The notes: generated by a model not told the origin, from the letters alone. A DNA stretch of 40,962 nt from an uncultured Macromonas sp. (GCA_964610405.1 CAZSZN010000001.1:1-40962); one strand, 5' to 3'. Positions 1 through 10,258 are shown, counted from the first letter of the stretch. Translations and numbers: made by a program.

Positions 1-1
1 G

Positions 2-1492
2 GCGATTGAGCTCACCAGCTTCTACCCGGAGTTCGGCAGTGCTCGGCTGCGGGACATGATGGAAAACCTGCGCGACTGGTGCATCAGCCGCCAGCGCTCG
101 TGGGGCGTGCCCCTGCCCTTCCTGCTGCACGTGGACAGCGGCGAGCCGCACCCGCGCACGCCCGAGATCATCGACCTGGCCGCCGAGGTGGTGGAACAAG
201 GCGGGATCGAGGCCTGGAGCCAGTTGGGCGTGGCCGACATCCTGGCCCGGCTGGGCGACGCAGCGGATGCGGCCAGCTACACCAAGAGCACCGACATCCT
301 GGAGGTGTGGTTCGATTCCGGCACCACACACACCACCGTGCTCAAGGGCAGCCACGCCGGCAGCGGCCACGACAGCGGCCCCGAGGCCGACCTGTACCTG
401 GAAGGCCACGACCAGCACCGCGGCTGGTTCCACAGCTCGCTGCTCACCGCCTGCGCCATGTACGACCGCGCGCCTTACAAGGGCCTGCTGACCCACGGCT
501 TCACCGTGGACGGCCAGGGCCGCAAGATGAGCAAATCGGTCGGCAACGTGGTGGCACCGCAGACCATCAGCACCAAGATGGGGGCCGAAATCATCCGCCT
601 GTGGGTGGCCGCGACCGACTACTCCGGCGACCTCGGCATCGACGACAAGATCCTGGCGCGCGTGGTGGACGCCTACCGCCGCATCCGCAACACGCTGCGC
701 TTTTTGCTGGCCAACATCAGCGACTTCAACCCCGCCACCGACGCCGTGCCGCTGGACCAGATGTTGGAGATCGACCGCTACGCCCTGAGCCGCGCGTCAC
801 AACTCCAGGCCGACATCCTGGGCCACTACCACGTGTACGAATTCCACCCGGTCGTGTCCAAGCTGCAGGTGTATTGCTCGGAGGATTTGGGCGCGTTCTA
901 CCTGGACGTGCTGAAGGACCGCCTCTACACCACGGCGCCCAAGAGCCTGGCGCGCCGCTCAGCGCAAACCGCGCTGCACGAGATCACCCACGCCATGCTG
1001 CGCTGGATGGCGCCGTTCCTGAGCTTCACCGCCGAGGAAGCCTGGGCGCTGATCGGCACGCCGGTCAACGGCTCGCCCAGCATCTTCACCGAAACCTATT
1101 TCCCGCTGGAAACGCCGAATGAGGCCTTGCTGGCCAAGTGGAGCCGGGTGCTGGAGATTCGCACCGCGGTGAACAAAGCGATCGAGGAAGTGCGCACGGC
1201 GGGCCAGGTCGGCTCGTCGCTGCAGGCGAACGTGACGCTGACCGTGGGCGCGGAAGACTTGGCCCTGCTGCAAAGCCTGGGTGACGACCTGAAATTCGTG
1301 CTCATCGTGTCGCAAGTCACGCTGCAATCGGGCGCAGAACTGGCCGTGGCGGTGAACCCGTCGGGCGCCGCCAAGTGCGGCCGCTGCTGGCACTACCGCG
1401 ACGACGTGGGCCACGACCCGGCCCACCCCGAGCTGTGTGGCCGCTGCACCAGCAACCTGCACGGTGCGGGCGAAACCCGCGCCGTCGCCTGA
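2..1492 (+). CDS. ileS: Isoleucine--tRNA ligase, C-terminal ~496 aa (5' end lies upstream of the window)
   Basis: The frame is open from base 2 ([11 protein letters not shown]... precedes the listed Met at 56). It has the class-I KMSKS loop ([10 protein letters not shown]) and a C-terminal Zn-ribbon (CGRCWHY...CGRC). lspA follows directly, as in the conserved ileS-lspA arrangement. Confidence 0.95.
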   Translation, partial: AIELTSFYPEFGSARLRDMMENLRDWCISRQRSWGVPLPFLLHVDSGEPHPRTPEIIDLAAEVVEQGGIEAWSQLGVADILARLGDAADAASYTKSTDILEVWFDSGTTHTTVLKGSHAGSGHDSGPEADLYLEGHDQHRGWFHSSLLTACAMYDRAPYKGLLTHGFTVDGQGRKMSKSVGNVVAPQTISTKMGAEIIRLWVAATDYSGDLGIDDKILARVVDAYRRIRNTLRFLLANISDFNPATDAVPLDQMLEIDRYALSRASQLQADILGHYHVYEFHPVVSKLQVYCSEDLGAFYLDVLKDRLYTTAPKSLARRSAQTALHEITHAMLRWMAPFLSFTAEEAWALIGTPVNGSPSIFTETYFPLETPNEALLAKWSRVLEIRTAVNKAIEEVRTAGQVGSSLQANVTLTVGAEDLALLQSLGDDLKFVLIVSQVTLQSGAELAVAVNPSGAAKCGRCWHYRDDVGHDPAHPELCGRCTSNLHGAGETRAVA

Positions 1493-1514
1493 CGCCGCAG
1501 CAGCACGCGCAAAC

Positions 1515-2024
1515 ATGGCCAAAGCTTCTTCCAAAGGCATGCTGACCTGGCTGGGTCTGGCTACCCTGATCCTGCTGGTGGACCAGTTCACCAAGGTGCT
1601 GATCCTGGGGTACTACCGCCCGGGTGAAGGCACCTACGTCACCTCTTTCTTCAACATCGTGCGGGTGCACAACACCGGCGCCGCGTTTTCTTTCCTGGCC
1701 AACGCGGGCGGTTGGCAGCGCTGGTTCTTCACCGTGGTGGGGCTGGGGGCGGCCGCCTTCATCCTGTGGATGCTGCGTTCGCACCACGGGCAGAAACTGT
1801 TTGCCTTTTCGCTGGCCTGCATTCTGGGCGGCGCGCTCGGCAACGTGATCGACCGCTTGCTGCACGGCTACGTGGTGGACATGCTGGACTTCCACTGGCG
1901 CTTTCTGTCGCCGCTGTTCCCGGGTGGGCATTTTCCGGCGTTCAACGTGGCCGATGCCGGCATCACGGCGGGTGCGATCGGCCTGATCCTGGACGAAATC
2001 CTGCGGGTGCGGCGCTCACGTTAA
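1515..2024 (+). CDS. lspA: Lipoprotein signal peptidase (signal peptidase II)
   Basis: The in-frame ATG at 1515 gives [27 protein letters not shown]. There are four hydrophobic segments and the family motifs [14 protein letters not shown] and FNVAD. The listed upstream extension (1437) overlaps the ileS end and looks non-coding. Confidence 0.9.
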   Translation: MAKASSKGMLTWLGLATLILLVDQFTKVLILGYYRPGEGTYVTSFFNIVRVHNTGAAFSFLANAGGWQRWFFTVVGLGAAAFILWMLRSHHGQKLFAFSLACILGGALGNVIDRLLHGYVVDMLDFHWRFLSPLFPGGHFPAFNVADAGITAGAIGLILDEILRVRRSR

Positions 2025-2025
2025 G

Positions 2026-2436
2026 ATGAGGCTTGTGATGCGCCCGATGTCCCTGCCAATGCTCTGGAGTGCCCTGCTGTGCCTGGGCATGGCCAGTGCC
2101 CCCGCCCAGAGCCAGACCGTGCTGTGCCACCTGGGTTTTGCGGGCGCGCAGCGCACCCTCGTGGTTCCCCCCAGCCAGCTCAGCGACGAGATCTACCCCC
2201 AGGTGGAAGGGGCATCGTTCGCCTTCCAGGCCGTCAACCGCCTGCCGCCCGAACCGGGCGCGGGGGTGCAGGTGACCACGTTCGCCACCGGCCACACCCC
2301 GTCTTTCTTGCTGCACCAGGCCACGTTCAACGCCCAGGGCAGCCACGGTCCGCACGGCTTCACTGGGTTGCAAGTGGTGCGCGAACCGGTGCGCGGACAC
2401 GAAATCGCCTACTGGTGCGAACGCGCGCCGCGCTGA
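2026..2436 (+). CDS. Hypothetical small exported protein
   Basis: The ORF starts 1 nt after the lspA stop. The N-terminus looks like a signal peptide (LPMLWSALLCLGMASAPAQS). GC3-rich codon usage matches its neighbours. I recognise no family; the start could instead be the Met at 2038. Confidence 0.5.
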   Translation: MRLVMRPMSLPMLWSALLCLGMASAPAQSQTVLCHLGFAGAQRTLVVPPSQLSDEIYPQVEGASFAFQAVNRLPPEPGAGVQVTTFATGHTPSFLLHQATFNAQGSHGPHGFTGLQVVREPVRGHEIAYWCERAPR

Positions 2437-2460
2437 GCGCGTCCGCCCCAGCCACCCCTC

Positions 2461-3453
2461 TCAGGGGATCAACACCGTGGAGCCGGTGGTCTTGCGCGCT
2501 TCCAGGTCGCGGTGGGCCTGCTGCACGTCCGCCAGCGGGTAGCGCTGCTCCACATGGATTTGGACCTGCCCGGCCGTGACCACGCCGAACAGGTCGTCGG
2601 CCATGGCCTGGGTGCGCTCGCGGCTGGTGATGTGGGAAAACAGCGTCTGGCGGGTCACGTAGATCGAGCCTTTCGCCGCCAGGATGGCCGGCGCAAACGG
2701 TGGCACCGGCCCCGAGGCGTTGCCGAACGTGACCATCAAGCCAAACGGGGACAGGCAGTCGAGCGACTGGTCCCAAGTGTCCTTGCCGACCGAGTCGTAC
2801 ACCGCTTTCACACCGCGCCCGCCGGTGATGTCCTTGACCCGCGCTGCAAAGTTTTCGGTGTTGTAGTTGATGGCGTGGGTCGCGCCGTTGGCCAGCGCCA
2901 ATGCGCATTTGGCGTCGGACCCCGCAGTGCCGATGAGCTGCAGTCCCATCGCCCGGGCCCATTGGCAGGCAATCAGACCGACGCCGCCCGCTGCGGCGTG
3001 GAACAGCACGAAGTCGCCCGGCTCCAGCCCTTCCACCGGCTTGCACTTTTTCAGCAGGTATTGGGCCGTCAAGCCCTTGAGCATCATGGCCGCACCTTCC
3101 TCGAAGCTGATCGCGTCGGGCAGGCGGCACACGTTCATGGCGGGCATCACCCGCACGTCGCAGTAGCTGCCGGGCGGGTTGGCGGCGTAGGCCACCCGGT
3201 CGCCCTCGCGCAGGTGGGTCACGCCGGCACCCACCGCCTCCACCACACCCGCGCCTTCCATGCCCAGCTGCAGTGGCATGGGCAGGGTGTACAGGCCCGA
3301 GCGTTGATACACGTCGATGAAGTTCAAGCCGATGGCGTGGTGGCGCACCCGCACCTCGCCGGGACCGGGCTGGCCGACGGTCACCTCGCACAACTGCATC
3401 TGTTCGGGGCCGCCGGGTTGTTCAATCCGGACGGCGCGACTGGGTTGGGTCAT
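2461..3453 (-). CDS. qor: NADPH:quinone oxidoreductase (zeta-crystallin type MDR)
   Basis: It is collinear with E. coli QorA as I recall it: GINFIDVYQRSGLY, AAAGGVGLIACQWA, DSVGKDTWDQSLDCL, and it ends GSTVLIP. The ATG at 3453 (MTQPSRAVRIEQ) is preceded by GAGGAG. The longer listed ORF (to 3660) adds an implausible Arg/Pro-rich leader. Confidence 0.9.
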   Translation of the reverse strand: MTQPSRAVRIEQPGGPEQMQLCEVTVGQPGPGEVRVRHHAIGLNFIDVYQRSGLYTLPMPLQLGMEGAGVVEAVGAGVTHLREGDRVAYAANPPGSYCDVRVMPAMNVCRLPDAISFEEGAAMMLKGLTAQYLLKKCKPVEGLEPGDFVLFHAAAGGVGLIACQWARAMGLQLIGTAGSDAKCALALANGATHAINYNTENFAARVKDITGGRGVKAVYDSVGKDTWDQSLDCLSPFGLMVTFGNASGPVPPFAPAILAAKGSIYVTRQTLFSHITSRERTQAMADDLFGVVTAGQVQIHVEQRYPLADVQQAHRDLEARKTTGSTVLIP

Positions 3454-3557
3454 CGTGACTCCTCGGTGTGTTGAGCAGGCCGTGATCGTGCCATGAAAGC
3501 CAGGGCTTTGCCGGCGCTGCGCGCAGACGCCTTGGGCGGGAAGGTACATTGCAGGGC

Positions 3558-4490
3558 ATGGCTTTTGCTCACGCTCCCTTGAACCTGCGCACCGCCCTGC
3601 TGCTGCTCGTACCCCCACTGATGTGGGCAGGCAATGCGGTGGTGGGCCGGCTGGCCGCACCGTGGATCCCGCCCATCACCTTCAATTTCCTGCGTTGGAC
3701 GCTGGTGCTGCTGATTCTGCTGCCGGTGGCGGGCTGGGCGCTGCGGCGGGGCAGCCCGTTGTGGTCAAACTGGCGGCGCTTTGCGGTGCTGGGCCTGCTG
3801 GCGGTGGCCAGCTACAACATGCTGCAGTACGTGGCGCTGAAAACCTCCACCCCCATCAACGTGACGCTGGTGGCCTCCAGCATGCCAGTGTGGATGGTGC
3901 TGGTGGGCCGGCTGTTTTTCCACGCCCCCGTCAGCCCACGCGCGGTGCTGGGCGCGGGGCTTTCGCTGCTGGGTGTGCTGGTGGTGCTGACGCAAGGGCA
4001 ACTGGACCAGCTGCGGCAACTGCAGTTCGTGCCGGGCGACGCCTGGATGCTGCTGGCCGCGTTCGTCTGGGCTTGCTACAGCTGGCTGTTGACACGGCGC
4101 GACGAAGCGCCTGAAATTCGCAACGACTGGGCCGCCTTTCTGCTGGCGCAAACGGTGCTGGGCTTGTGCTGGTCCGGCGTCTTGACGGCGGGCGAATGGG
4201 TCTGGCTGACCACCGCGCACCCCGAAGCCGCCACCATCCAGTGGAGCTGGGCGCTGGTGGCGGTGCTGGTGTTCGTGGCCCTGGGGCCGTCCATCGCCGC
4301 CTACCGCTTCTGGGGCGAGGGCGTGCAGCGCGCTGGCCCCACGGTGGCCTCGTTCTTCAGCAACCTGACGCCGCTGTTCGCCGCGCTCATGTCGGCCGCG
4401 TTCCTGGGCGAGCCGCCGCGCCTGTTCCATGGCGTGGCGTTTGGGTTGATCGTGCTCGGGATCACGGTGTCGTCCGCTCGCAAAAGCTGA
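3558..4490 (+). CDS. EamA/DMT-family transporter
   Basis: About 10 hydrophobic helices in two EamA-like halves (WAGNAVVGRL..., ...PSIAAYRFWGEGVQRAGP). ATG at 3558; the listed start at 3549 is a TTG. Confidence 0.85.
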   Translation: MAFAHAPLNLRTALLLLVPPLMWAGNAVVGRLAAPWIPPITFNFLRWTLVLLILLPVAGWALRRGSPLWSNWRRFAVLGLLAVASYNMLQYVALKTSTPINVTLVASSMPVWMVLVGRLFFHAPVSPRAVLGAGLSLLGVLVVLTQGQLDQLRQLQFVPGDAWMLLAAFVWACYSWLLTRRDEAPEIRNDWAAFLLAQTVLGLCWSGVLTAGEWVWLTTAHPEAATIQWSWALVAVLVFVALGPSIAAYRFWGEGVQRAGPTVASFFSNLTPLFAALMSAAFLGEPPRLFHGVAFGLIVLGITVSSARKS

Positions 4491-4516
4491 CGACGCCCCC
4501 CAACAACCCCGGTGGA

Positions 4517-5311
4517 TCAAAAAGTCCCGGGGTACAAACCGCCGTCGAGCAGGATGTTCTGCCCATTGAGGTAGGCGGCCTGCACGCTGCACAGGAAGGC
4601 GCACACCGCGCCAAATTCCTCGGGCGTGCCGAAGCGGCGGGCCGGCACCTGGGCGCGCTGGGCGGCTTGCACCTCGGCCAGCGTGCGGCCCGACTTGTCG
4701 GCCGCTGCCTGGTGGGTGGTGCGCAAACGGTCGGTGTCAAACTTGCCCGGCAACAGGTTGTTGAGGGTCACACCCTGGGCCGCCAGGCCGCTGCGGGCGA
4801 GCCCGGCCACAAAGCCGGTCAACCCACTGCGGGCACCGTTGCTCAACCCCAAAATGTCGATGGGTGCCTTCACCGCGCTGGAGGTGATGTTGACGATGCG
4901 GCCAAACCCGCGCTCGGCCATGCCGTCCACCGTGGCTTTGATCAGTTCGATCGGCGTGAGCATGTTGGCGTCCACCGCCTGAAGCCACTCGTCGCGGCCC
5001 CACTGACGAAAATCCCCGGGCGGCGGCCCGCCGGCGTTCGTCACCACGATGTCGAACGCCCGCCCTGGCCCGCCCGACACATCAAACAGTGCCTCGCGCC
5101 CGGCAGGCGTGGTCACGTCGGCCGCCACGGCCAGCACCTGCACACCGGTCTGATCGCGCAACGACTGTGCGGCGGCGTTCAACACTTCAGCACCGCGCGC
5201 GGCCATCACCACATTCACCCCTTCTTGGGCCAGCGCCTGGGCGCAACCCCAGCCCAAACCCTTGCTCGCGCCGCACACCAGCGCCCATTTGCCTTGCAAA
5301 CCCAGGTCCAT
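4517..5311 (-). CDS. SDR-family oxidoreductase
   Basis: N-terminal Rossmann motif ALVCGASKGLGWG and an NAGG motif (VTNAGGPPPG). AAGGAG lies 7 nt upstream of the ATG at 5311. Confidence 0.85.
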   Translation of the reverse strand: MDLGLQGKWALVCGASKGLGWGCAQALAQEGVNVVMAARGAEVLNAAAQSLRDQTGVQVLAVAADVTTPAGREALFDVSGGPGRAFDIVVTNAGGPPPGDFRQWGRDEWLQAVDANMLTPIELIKATVDGMAERGFGRIVNITSSAVKAPIDILGLSNGARSGLTGFVAGLARSGLAAQGVTLNNLLPGKFDTDRLRTTHQAAADKSGRTLAEVQAAQRAQVPARRFGTPEEFGAVCAFLCSVQAAYLNGQNILLDGGLYPGTF

Positions 5312-5357
5312 CTTTCATCACTCCTTGTAGTCAAGGCTCACAGGGCACAGGGCCCAC

Positions 5358-6266
5358 TCAGGCCTTTTGCCGGCTGACCCACAACACACCCCCCAGCACC
5401 AGCAGGGTACCTGCCAGCACCCAGCCGTTGAACGGTTCGCCCAGTATCCACACGCCCATCAAAATGGTCGACATCGGGCCGATCATGCCGGTTTGGGCCG
5501 CCAGGCCGGAGCCGATGCGCTCGATCGCCATCATCACCATGACCACGGGCGCCGCCGTGCACGCCACCGCGTTGAGGACCGACAGCCAGACCACCTCGGG
5601 CGCCACCACCACAGCCGACCAGGGGCGCAGCACCACGAACTGCAACAGACACAGCAGACACGCCACAGTGGTGGCCCACCCCACCAAGCGCAACGAGCCG
5701 AGGCGTTTGACCATTTCACCGCTGTACACCAGATAGATCGCGTAGCTGATGGCACTGCCGAACACCAGCAGGGCGCCGATGGCGGTGGACCAGCCGTCGA
5801 AACGGACTTCATGCCCGAACACCAGCAGCACCCCGGCGTAACTCAGGGCCATGGCCCCGGCCTGGCGCCCGGTGATGCGCCGCCCATACAGCAACCAGCC
5901 GAGCACCAACACCAGCGTGGGGTTGAGGTAGAGGATCAGGCGCTCCAGGCTGGCACTGATGTATTGCAGCCCCCAGAAGTCCAGAAAGCTGGCCAGGTAA
6001 TAACCGCTGAACCCCAGGCCCAGGATGCCCAGCCAGTCGCGCCGGGTCAGCGGCACCACGGGCTGGCGGGCCCGGCAGGTCGCCCACCAGGTCATGGCCA
6101 GGAACAGCGGCAGCGCGAACAGCATGCGGTACATGATGAGCGTGACCGCGTCCACCCCATAACGGTAAGCCAGCTTGACGATGATGGCCTTGCCACTGAA
6201 AGCGATGGAGCCGGCTGCGGCCAGCAACAGGCCGGTGGTGACGCGTGAAGCAGCAGGCGCGGTCAT
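5358..6266 (-). CDS. EamA/DMT-family transporter (second paralog)
   Basis: The internal ATG at 6266 gives MTAPAASRVTTGLLLAAAGSIAFSGKAIIVKLAY, followed by 10 predicted TM helices. The listed 66-aa N-terminal extension is Arg/Cys/Trp-rich out-of-context sequence that overlaps the upstream gene. Confidence 0.85.
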   Translation of the reverse strand: MTAPAASRVTTGLLLAAAGSIAFSGKAIIVKLAYRYGVDAVTLIMYRMLFALPLFLAMTWWATCRARQPVVPLTRRDWLGILGLGFSGYYLASFLDFWGLQYISASLERLILYLNPTLVLVLGWLLYGRRITGRQAGAMALSYAGVLLVFGHEVRFDGWSTAIGALLVFGSAISYAIYLVYSGEMVKRLGSLRLVGWATTVACLLCLLQFVVLRPWSAVVVAPEVVWLSVLNAVACTAAPVVMVMMAIERIGSGLAAQTGMIGPMSTILMGVWILGEPFNGWVLAGTLLVLGGVLWVSRQKA

Positions 6267-6279
6267 GCAGGCGCCCTCC

Positions 6280-7089
6280 TCAAGCGGCCTTGAACACGCG
6301 CAGCCACTTCTTGGCCGGCAGGCCCCAGCGGGTCTGGATGACCTCGGCACGCGCCAGCAGCTCCAGCCGTTCGGGGTGTTGCGGGGTGCGCAAGGCCAAC
6401 ACCACCGTGTTGCCTTCGCGCGTGGGCCGGAACGCCCACACCGCATCGGCGCCAAACGCCTCACGGATTTTGTCCAGCGAACGCTCGTAACTGGCGTCGC
6501 GCCCGAATAGGTTGACGGTCATGATGCCTTCGTCCGTCAACAGGCGGCGGCAATCGGCGTAAAAGTCGGCGCTGTCCAGCACTGGCGCGGCCGCTTCGTG
6601 GTCGTACAGGTCCACCTGCAAGGCGTCCACCGTGCCGTGGAAGGGCCCGTGGGCAGCCACTTCGGCGGCGTCGCCCAGCACCACGCGCAGGCGCGCGCTG
6701 TCGGGCGGCAGCTTGAACCAGGTGCGACAGGCCCACACCACCTGGGGGTTGATCTCGATGGCGGTGGTGTCCATCTTCAACTTCTTGAAGTGGAACTTGG
6801 TCAGGGCGGCGGCGCCGAGCCCCAACTGCATCGAGCGTCGGCGCGCCACGGTGTCGGGGTCCACGAACAGCAGCCAGGCCATCATGCGCTGCACGTACTC
6901 CAGTTCGATCTCGAACGGTTCGTCGATCAACATCGACCCCTGCACCCATTCGGTACCCAGGTGGAGAAAACGGACCTCGCCGTCCTCGGAGATGTTGACC
7001 TGCGGCAAGGACGGGGCGTCGTCGCGGACCGGCTCGCTGCCCTCGTCGGACGTGCGGGTGCGGGAGGCACGGGTGGAGGCGCGCGCCAT
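6280..7089 (-). CDS. Spermidine-synthase-like SAM-dependent methyltransferase-fold protein
   Basis: The ATG at 7089 gives MARASTRASRTRTSDEG...ISEDGEVRFLHLGTEWVQGSM, then LQLGLGAAALTKF and VDLYD, matching the 'spermidine synthase-like' family as I recall it. Its start shares 1 nt with the stop of the upstream gene (TGATG). Confidence 0.7.
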   Translation of the reverse strand: MARASTRASRTRTSDEGSEPVRDDAPSLPQVNISEDGEVRFLHLGTEWVQGSMLIDEPFEIELEYVQRMMAWLLFVDPDTVARRRSMQLGLGAAALTKFHFKKLKMDTTAIEINPQVVWACRTWFKLPPDSARLRVVLGDAAEVAAHGPFHGTVDALQVDLYDHEAAAPVLDSADFYADCRRLLTDEGIMTVNLFGRDASYERSLDKIREAFGADAVWAFRPTREGNTVVLALRTPQHPERLELLARAEVIQTRWGLPAKKWLRVFKAA

Positions 7090-7616
7090 CAGGCCACCGC
7101 CTCGCACAGGCCGTGGCGGGCCAGCACGTCGCGCCAGGCGTCGAGCTTGCGCTGGAAAGACCAACTGGCGTTGGCGGGGCTGGTGGAGGGCAGGCGGTAC
7201 ACCGGCAAGCCCAGCACACGGGTGTGGCGGGCGTGGCGAAAGCTCTCGCCGCCGTTGTGGGCCACGGCCTCCAGCGCCGAGCAGCGTTGGCGCAAGGCGT
7301 GCAGGTCGTTCAGTTGGGCGTTGCGGATGGCGCTGTCCAGGCTGCCTTCGCGTTCGCAAGCGGCGTACACATCCCACACCCCAAGGCCGCGCTCAAGGGC
7401 AACCTGGGTTCGTTCTTCGTAAGGCATGTCAAACAGGGGCTGGTGCCACAAGGCGCCCAGCAGCTTCCAGAATTGGTTGTGAGGATGGGCATAGTACCGC
7501 TGCTCGCGCAGCGACGCAGCACCGGGAAAACTGCCCAGCACCATCAAACGGGTCTTGGGCGAACACAAGGGGGCCAAACCGTGGAGGGTGGCGCCGGGCT
7601 GTCGATGGACGGTCAT
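7089..7616 (-). CDS. DNA-deoxyinosine (hypoxanthine) glycosylase, UDG superfamily
   Basis: LMVLGSFPGAASLREQRYYAHPHNQFWKLLG matches the family-6 UDG / hypoxanthine-DNA glycosylase signature (recalled). The C-terminal LPSTSPAN motif is typical of UDG-fold enzymes. Confidence 0.75.
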   Translation of the reverse strand: MTVHRQPGATLHGLAPLCSPKTRLMVLGSFPGAASLREQRYYAHPHNQFWKLLGALWHQPLFDMPYEERTQVALERGLGVWDVYAACEREGSLDSAIRNAQLNDLHALRQRCSALEAVAHNGGESFRHARHTRVLGLPVYRLPSTSPANASWSFQRKLDAWRDVLARHGLCEAVA

Positions 7617-8470
7617 GCGGGCTGCCCCAGGGCAGTGCGCAAACGTGGCAGCACCCGCAGCGCGTTGGCCGTGGTGGCCGCAGCCAACTCTGCGGGGGTG
7701 AGCCCGCGCAAGTCGGCCAGCACGGCACCAATGCGCGGCAACTCCCCGGGGGCGTTGCGCCCCTGAGGCCGCCCCTGAGCGCGCTCAGCCGCCGTCACGT
7801 ACAGCCATTGCGGGGGAATGTCGGGGGCATCGGTTTCCAGCACCAAGGCGTCCAGCGGCAGGTCGGTGGCCAGCCGGCGCAACTGGCGCGCGGTGTCGAA
7901 CGTCATCGCGCCGCCGAAGCCCAGCGCAAAACCCAGTTGCACAAAGGCCTGCGCCTGCACCGCACTGCCATTGAAGGCGTGCGCCAGGCCACCGGCCACC
8001 GCACGTCCCTGGCGGGCCTGGGCCCGCAAACAGCGCAACAGTTCATCGGCCGAACGCCGCACGTGCAGCAGCACCGGCAAACCATGTCGCTGGGCCAGGC
8101 GCAACTGCGCCTCGTAAAAGCGCCCTTGGCGCTCGCGCTGGGCGGGCTCACACAAAGCCGGCACGAAAAAATCCAGGCCAATCTCACCCACCGCCACCAG
8201 GCGGGGGTCATCTTTCCACCGCGTCAGCGCGTCGTCGAGCGCGTGCAGGTCGGCCTCGGCCGCTTGTGGCACGCACAGCGGGTGGATGCCCAACGCATAG
8301 GCATCGCCATGGCGGTGGGCCAGGTCGCGCACCGTGCCCCAGTTGGCGCGGTGCACCGCTGGCAACACGCACGCGGCCACCCCCAGGGTGCGGGCCCGCG
8401 CGCGCTCGGCGTCGCGTTCCGGGTCGCTCCATTCGGGCGCGTCCAGGTGGCAATGGGTGTCGATCCACAT
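7613..8470 (-). CDS. TatD-family metal-dependent DNase/hydrolase
   Basis: It has MWIDTHCHLD at the N-terminus, HxH plus later His/Asp metal ligands (LHVRRS, AHAFNGS, LETDAPD). Its stop overlaps the next start (ATGA at 7613-7616). Confidence 0.9.
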   Translation of the reverse strand: MWIDTHCHLDAPEWSDPERDAERARARTLGVAACVLPAVHRANWGTVRDLAHRHGDAYALGIHPLCVPQAAEADLHALDDALTRWKDDPRLVAVGEIGLDFFVPALCEPAQRERQGRFYEAQLRLAQRHGLPVLLHVRRSADELLRCLRAQARQGRAVAGGLAHAFNGSAVQAQAFVQLGFALGFGGAMTFDTARQLRRLATDLPLDALVLETDAPDIPPQWLYVTAAERAQGRPQGRNAPGELPRIGAVLADLRGLTPAELAAATTANALRVLPRLRTALGQPA

Positions 8471-8560
8471 GGGCGTCGATTATGGCGGGACTCCCCGCAG
8501 GGGCATGGTGCACAATGATCACCGATAACAGTCACCAACGAAGGTGACAGGGAACACAGC

Positions 8561-10258
8561 TTGAACCTCAAATCGAGATTTCTGATTCTGGCGGCCGCGC
8601 TGATCGTGCCGGCCACCTGGCTGGCCTGGGGGGTGTTCAACCTGGTGGCCGAGGAGGTGATCGAGCGTTGGGGCCAACGGGTGGTGGAAATCCAGGTGCG
8701 CTACGACAGCGCGCGCCTGCTGCAACCGATCGAGCGGGAAATCGCGCTGGCGCGCCAGATGGCGCAATCCCAGGTGCTCAAACAGTGGGCAACCCGGGTG
8801 GACGACCCGGAACTGCACCGCCGCGCGCTGGTGGAAATGGAAAACTACCGCCAGAACTTCCAGGACCGCAGCTATTTCGTCGCGCTGCTGGACTCCGGAG
8901 CCTACTACCACAACAACGCCGACAACGAATTTGCCGACCAGCCGCTGCGCTACCACCTGCGGCGCGACAACCCGGCAGACGCCTGGTTCTACGGTCTGAT
9001 CGACCAAGGCCGCGAATTCCACCTCAACGTCAACCCGGACGATGCCCTGAAAGTGACCAAACTGTGGGTGGACGTGCAAATCCGCGACGGCGACCAGCCG
9101 CTGGGCATCGTGGGCACCGGCATGGCGCTGGACAGCGTGCTCAAAGAGGTGGTGGACATCGGCCAACCGGGCATCACCAGCCTGTTTGTGGACTCGAACG
9201 GCGCCATCCAGTTGTACCGGGACCAGAACTTGATCGACTTTGCCAGCGTGGTCAAGCCCGAAGGCCAGAAAAGCCTGGTGACGCAAATGCTTGACCTGCC
9301 CGCCGACCGGGAACGGCTGCAACAGCATTTCGCCGCGCTGAGCCAACCGGGCGCCGCCACCGCCCAAGTGGTGAGCGACTTTGTGCAATTTGAAGGCAAA
9401 CGCCACCTGATGGGCGTGGCCTACCTGCCCACCATCGGCTGGTACGAAGTCACCTTCATGGACCTGGACGAACTGATGCCGGTGAGCCAGTTTGCCCCGG
9501 TGGTGGCGGTGTTTGGCGTGACGCTGCTGGCCGCCATGTTGCTGATGCACCTGATGCTGCGGCGCTGGGTGCTGAAACCGCTGAGCCGCCTGGAACGCGC
9601 CATGGTGCGGGTGCGCAACGGCAACCTGGCCCCGCCGGAACTGCCCATGGCCGCCGGGGAAATCGGGCAACTGAACCAGCATTTCACCGCGATGGCCGAC
9701 GCCATCCGCAACAACACGCTCGACCTGGAGGCCAAGGTACAGGAACGCACCGAGGCGCTGGACCGCCTGGCCCGCATCGACCCGCTGACCCAGTTGGTCA
9801 ACCGCCGAGGCATGGGTGAACTGCTGGAAGCGGCCGCCCACCGCGCCCAGCGGGAAGGCCAGCCCTACGGCGTCATTTACCTGGACGTGGACTGGTTCAA
9901 GCAGATCAACGACACGCAGGGCCACGCCGCTGGCGACCAGGCCCTGGTGACCGTGGCCGACGTGCTGCGCAGCCAGATCCGCCCGTACGACCACGCGGCG
10001 CGCTGGGGTGGCGACGAATTTTTGGTGCTGCTGAGCCCCTGCGATGCCACCACCTTGCAGACGCTGGGCGAACGCATCCGCGCCACCGTGGAACAACAAA
10101 CCCGCGACAGCGGCCTGCCCCTGACCCTGAGCCTAGGCGCCTGCCTGAGCGGCGGGCGCAGCGGCACCGCCGAACTGCTGCATTGCGTGGACGCGGCGCT
10201 CTACACCGCCAAAGACCGGGGCCGCAACCTGCTGGTCACCGGCGAGGAAACGCCATGA
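8561..10258 (+). CDS. Membrane-bound diguanylate cyclase: periplasmic sensor, HAMP and GGDEF domains
   Basis: TM1 (FLILAAALIVPATWLAWGVF), a ~280-aa periplasmic domain, TM2 (VVAVFGVTLLAAMLLMHL), HAMP (GEIGQLNQHFTAMADAI), then a GGDEF domain with an intact GGDEF motif and an RxxD I-site (RPYD) five residues upstream. The start codon is TTG. Confidence 0.85.
   Translation: MNLKSRFLILAAALIVPATWLAWGVFNLVAEEVIERWGQRVVEIQVRYDSARLLQPIEREIALARQMAQSQVLKQWATRVDDPELHRRALVEMENYRQNFQDRSYFVALLDSGAYYHNNADNEFADQPLRYHLRRDNPADAWFYGLIDQGREFHLNVNPDDALKVTKLWVDVQIRDGDQPLGIVGTGMALDSVLKEVVDIGQPGITSLFVDSNGAIQLYRDQNLIDFASVVKPEGQKSLVTQMLDLPADRERLQQHFAALSQPGAATAQVVSDFVQFEGKRHLMGVAYLPTIGWYEVTFMDLDELMPVSQFAPVVAVFGVTLLAAMLLMHLMLRRWVLKPLSRLERAMVRVRNGNLAPPELPMAAGEIGQLNQHFTAMADAIRNNTLDLEAKVQERTEALDRLARIDPLTQLVNRRGMGELLEAAAHRAQREGQPYGVIYLDVDWFKQINDTQGHAAGDQALVTVADVLRSQIRPYDHAARWGGDEFLVLLSPCDATTLQTLGERIRATVEQQTRDSGLPLTLSLGACLSGGRSGTAELLHCVDAALYTAKDRGRNLLVTGEETP

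Noticed and set aside
8519-10099. Very long ORFs antisense to, or out of frame with, recognisable genes. Examples: 8519-10099(-), 11692-12975(-), 11970-12947(+), 12861-14264(-), 15122-16714(-), 24129-25805(+), 25823-27370(-), 29174-30667(+), 31346-32761(-), 37229-38638(+).
   Set aside because: Their translations are Arg/Gly/Ala/His/Pro-rich low-complexity strings typical of stop-codon-poor alternative frames in high-GC DNA. Each overlaps a gene with clear family motifs, and none has motifs of its own.
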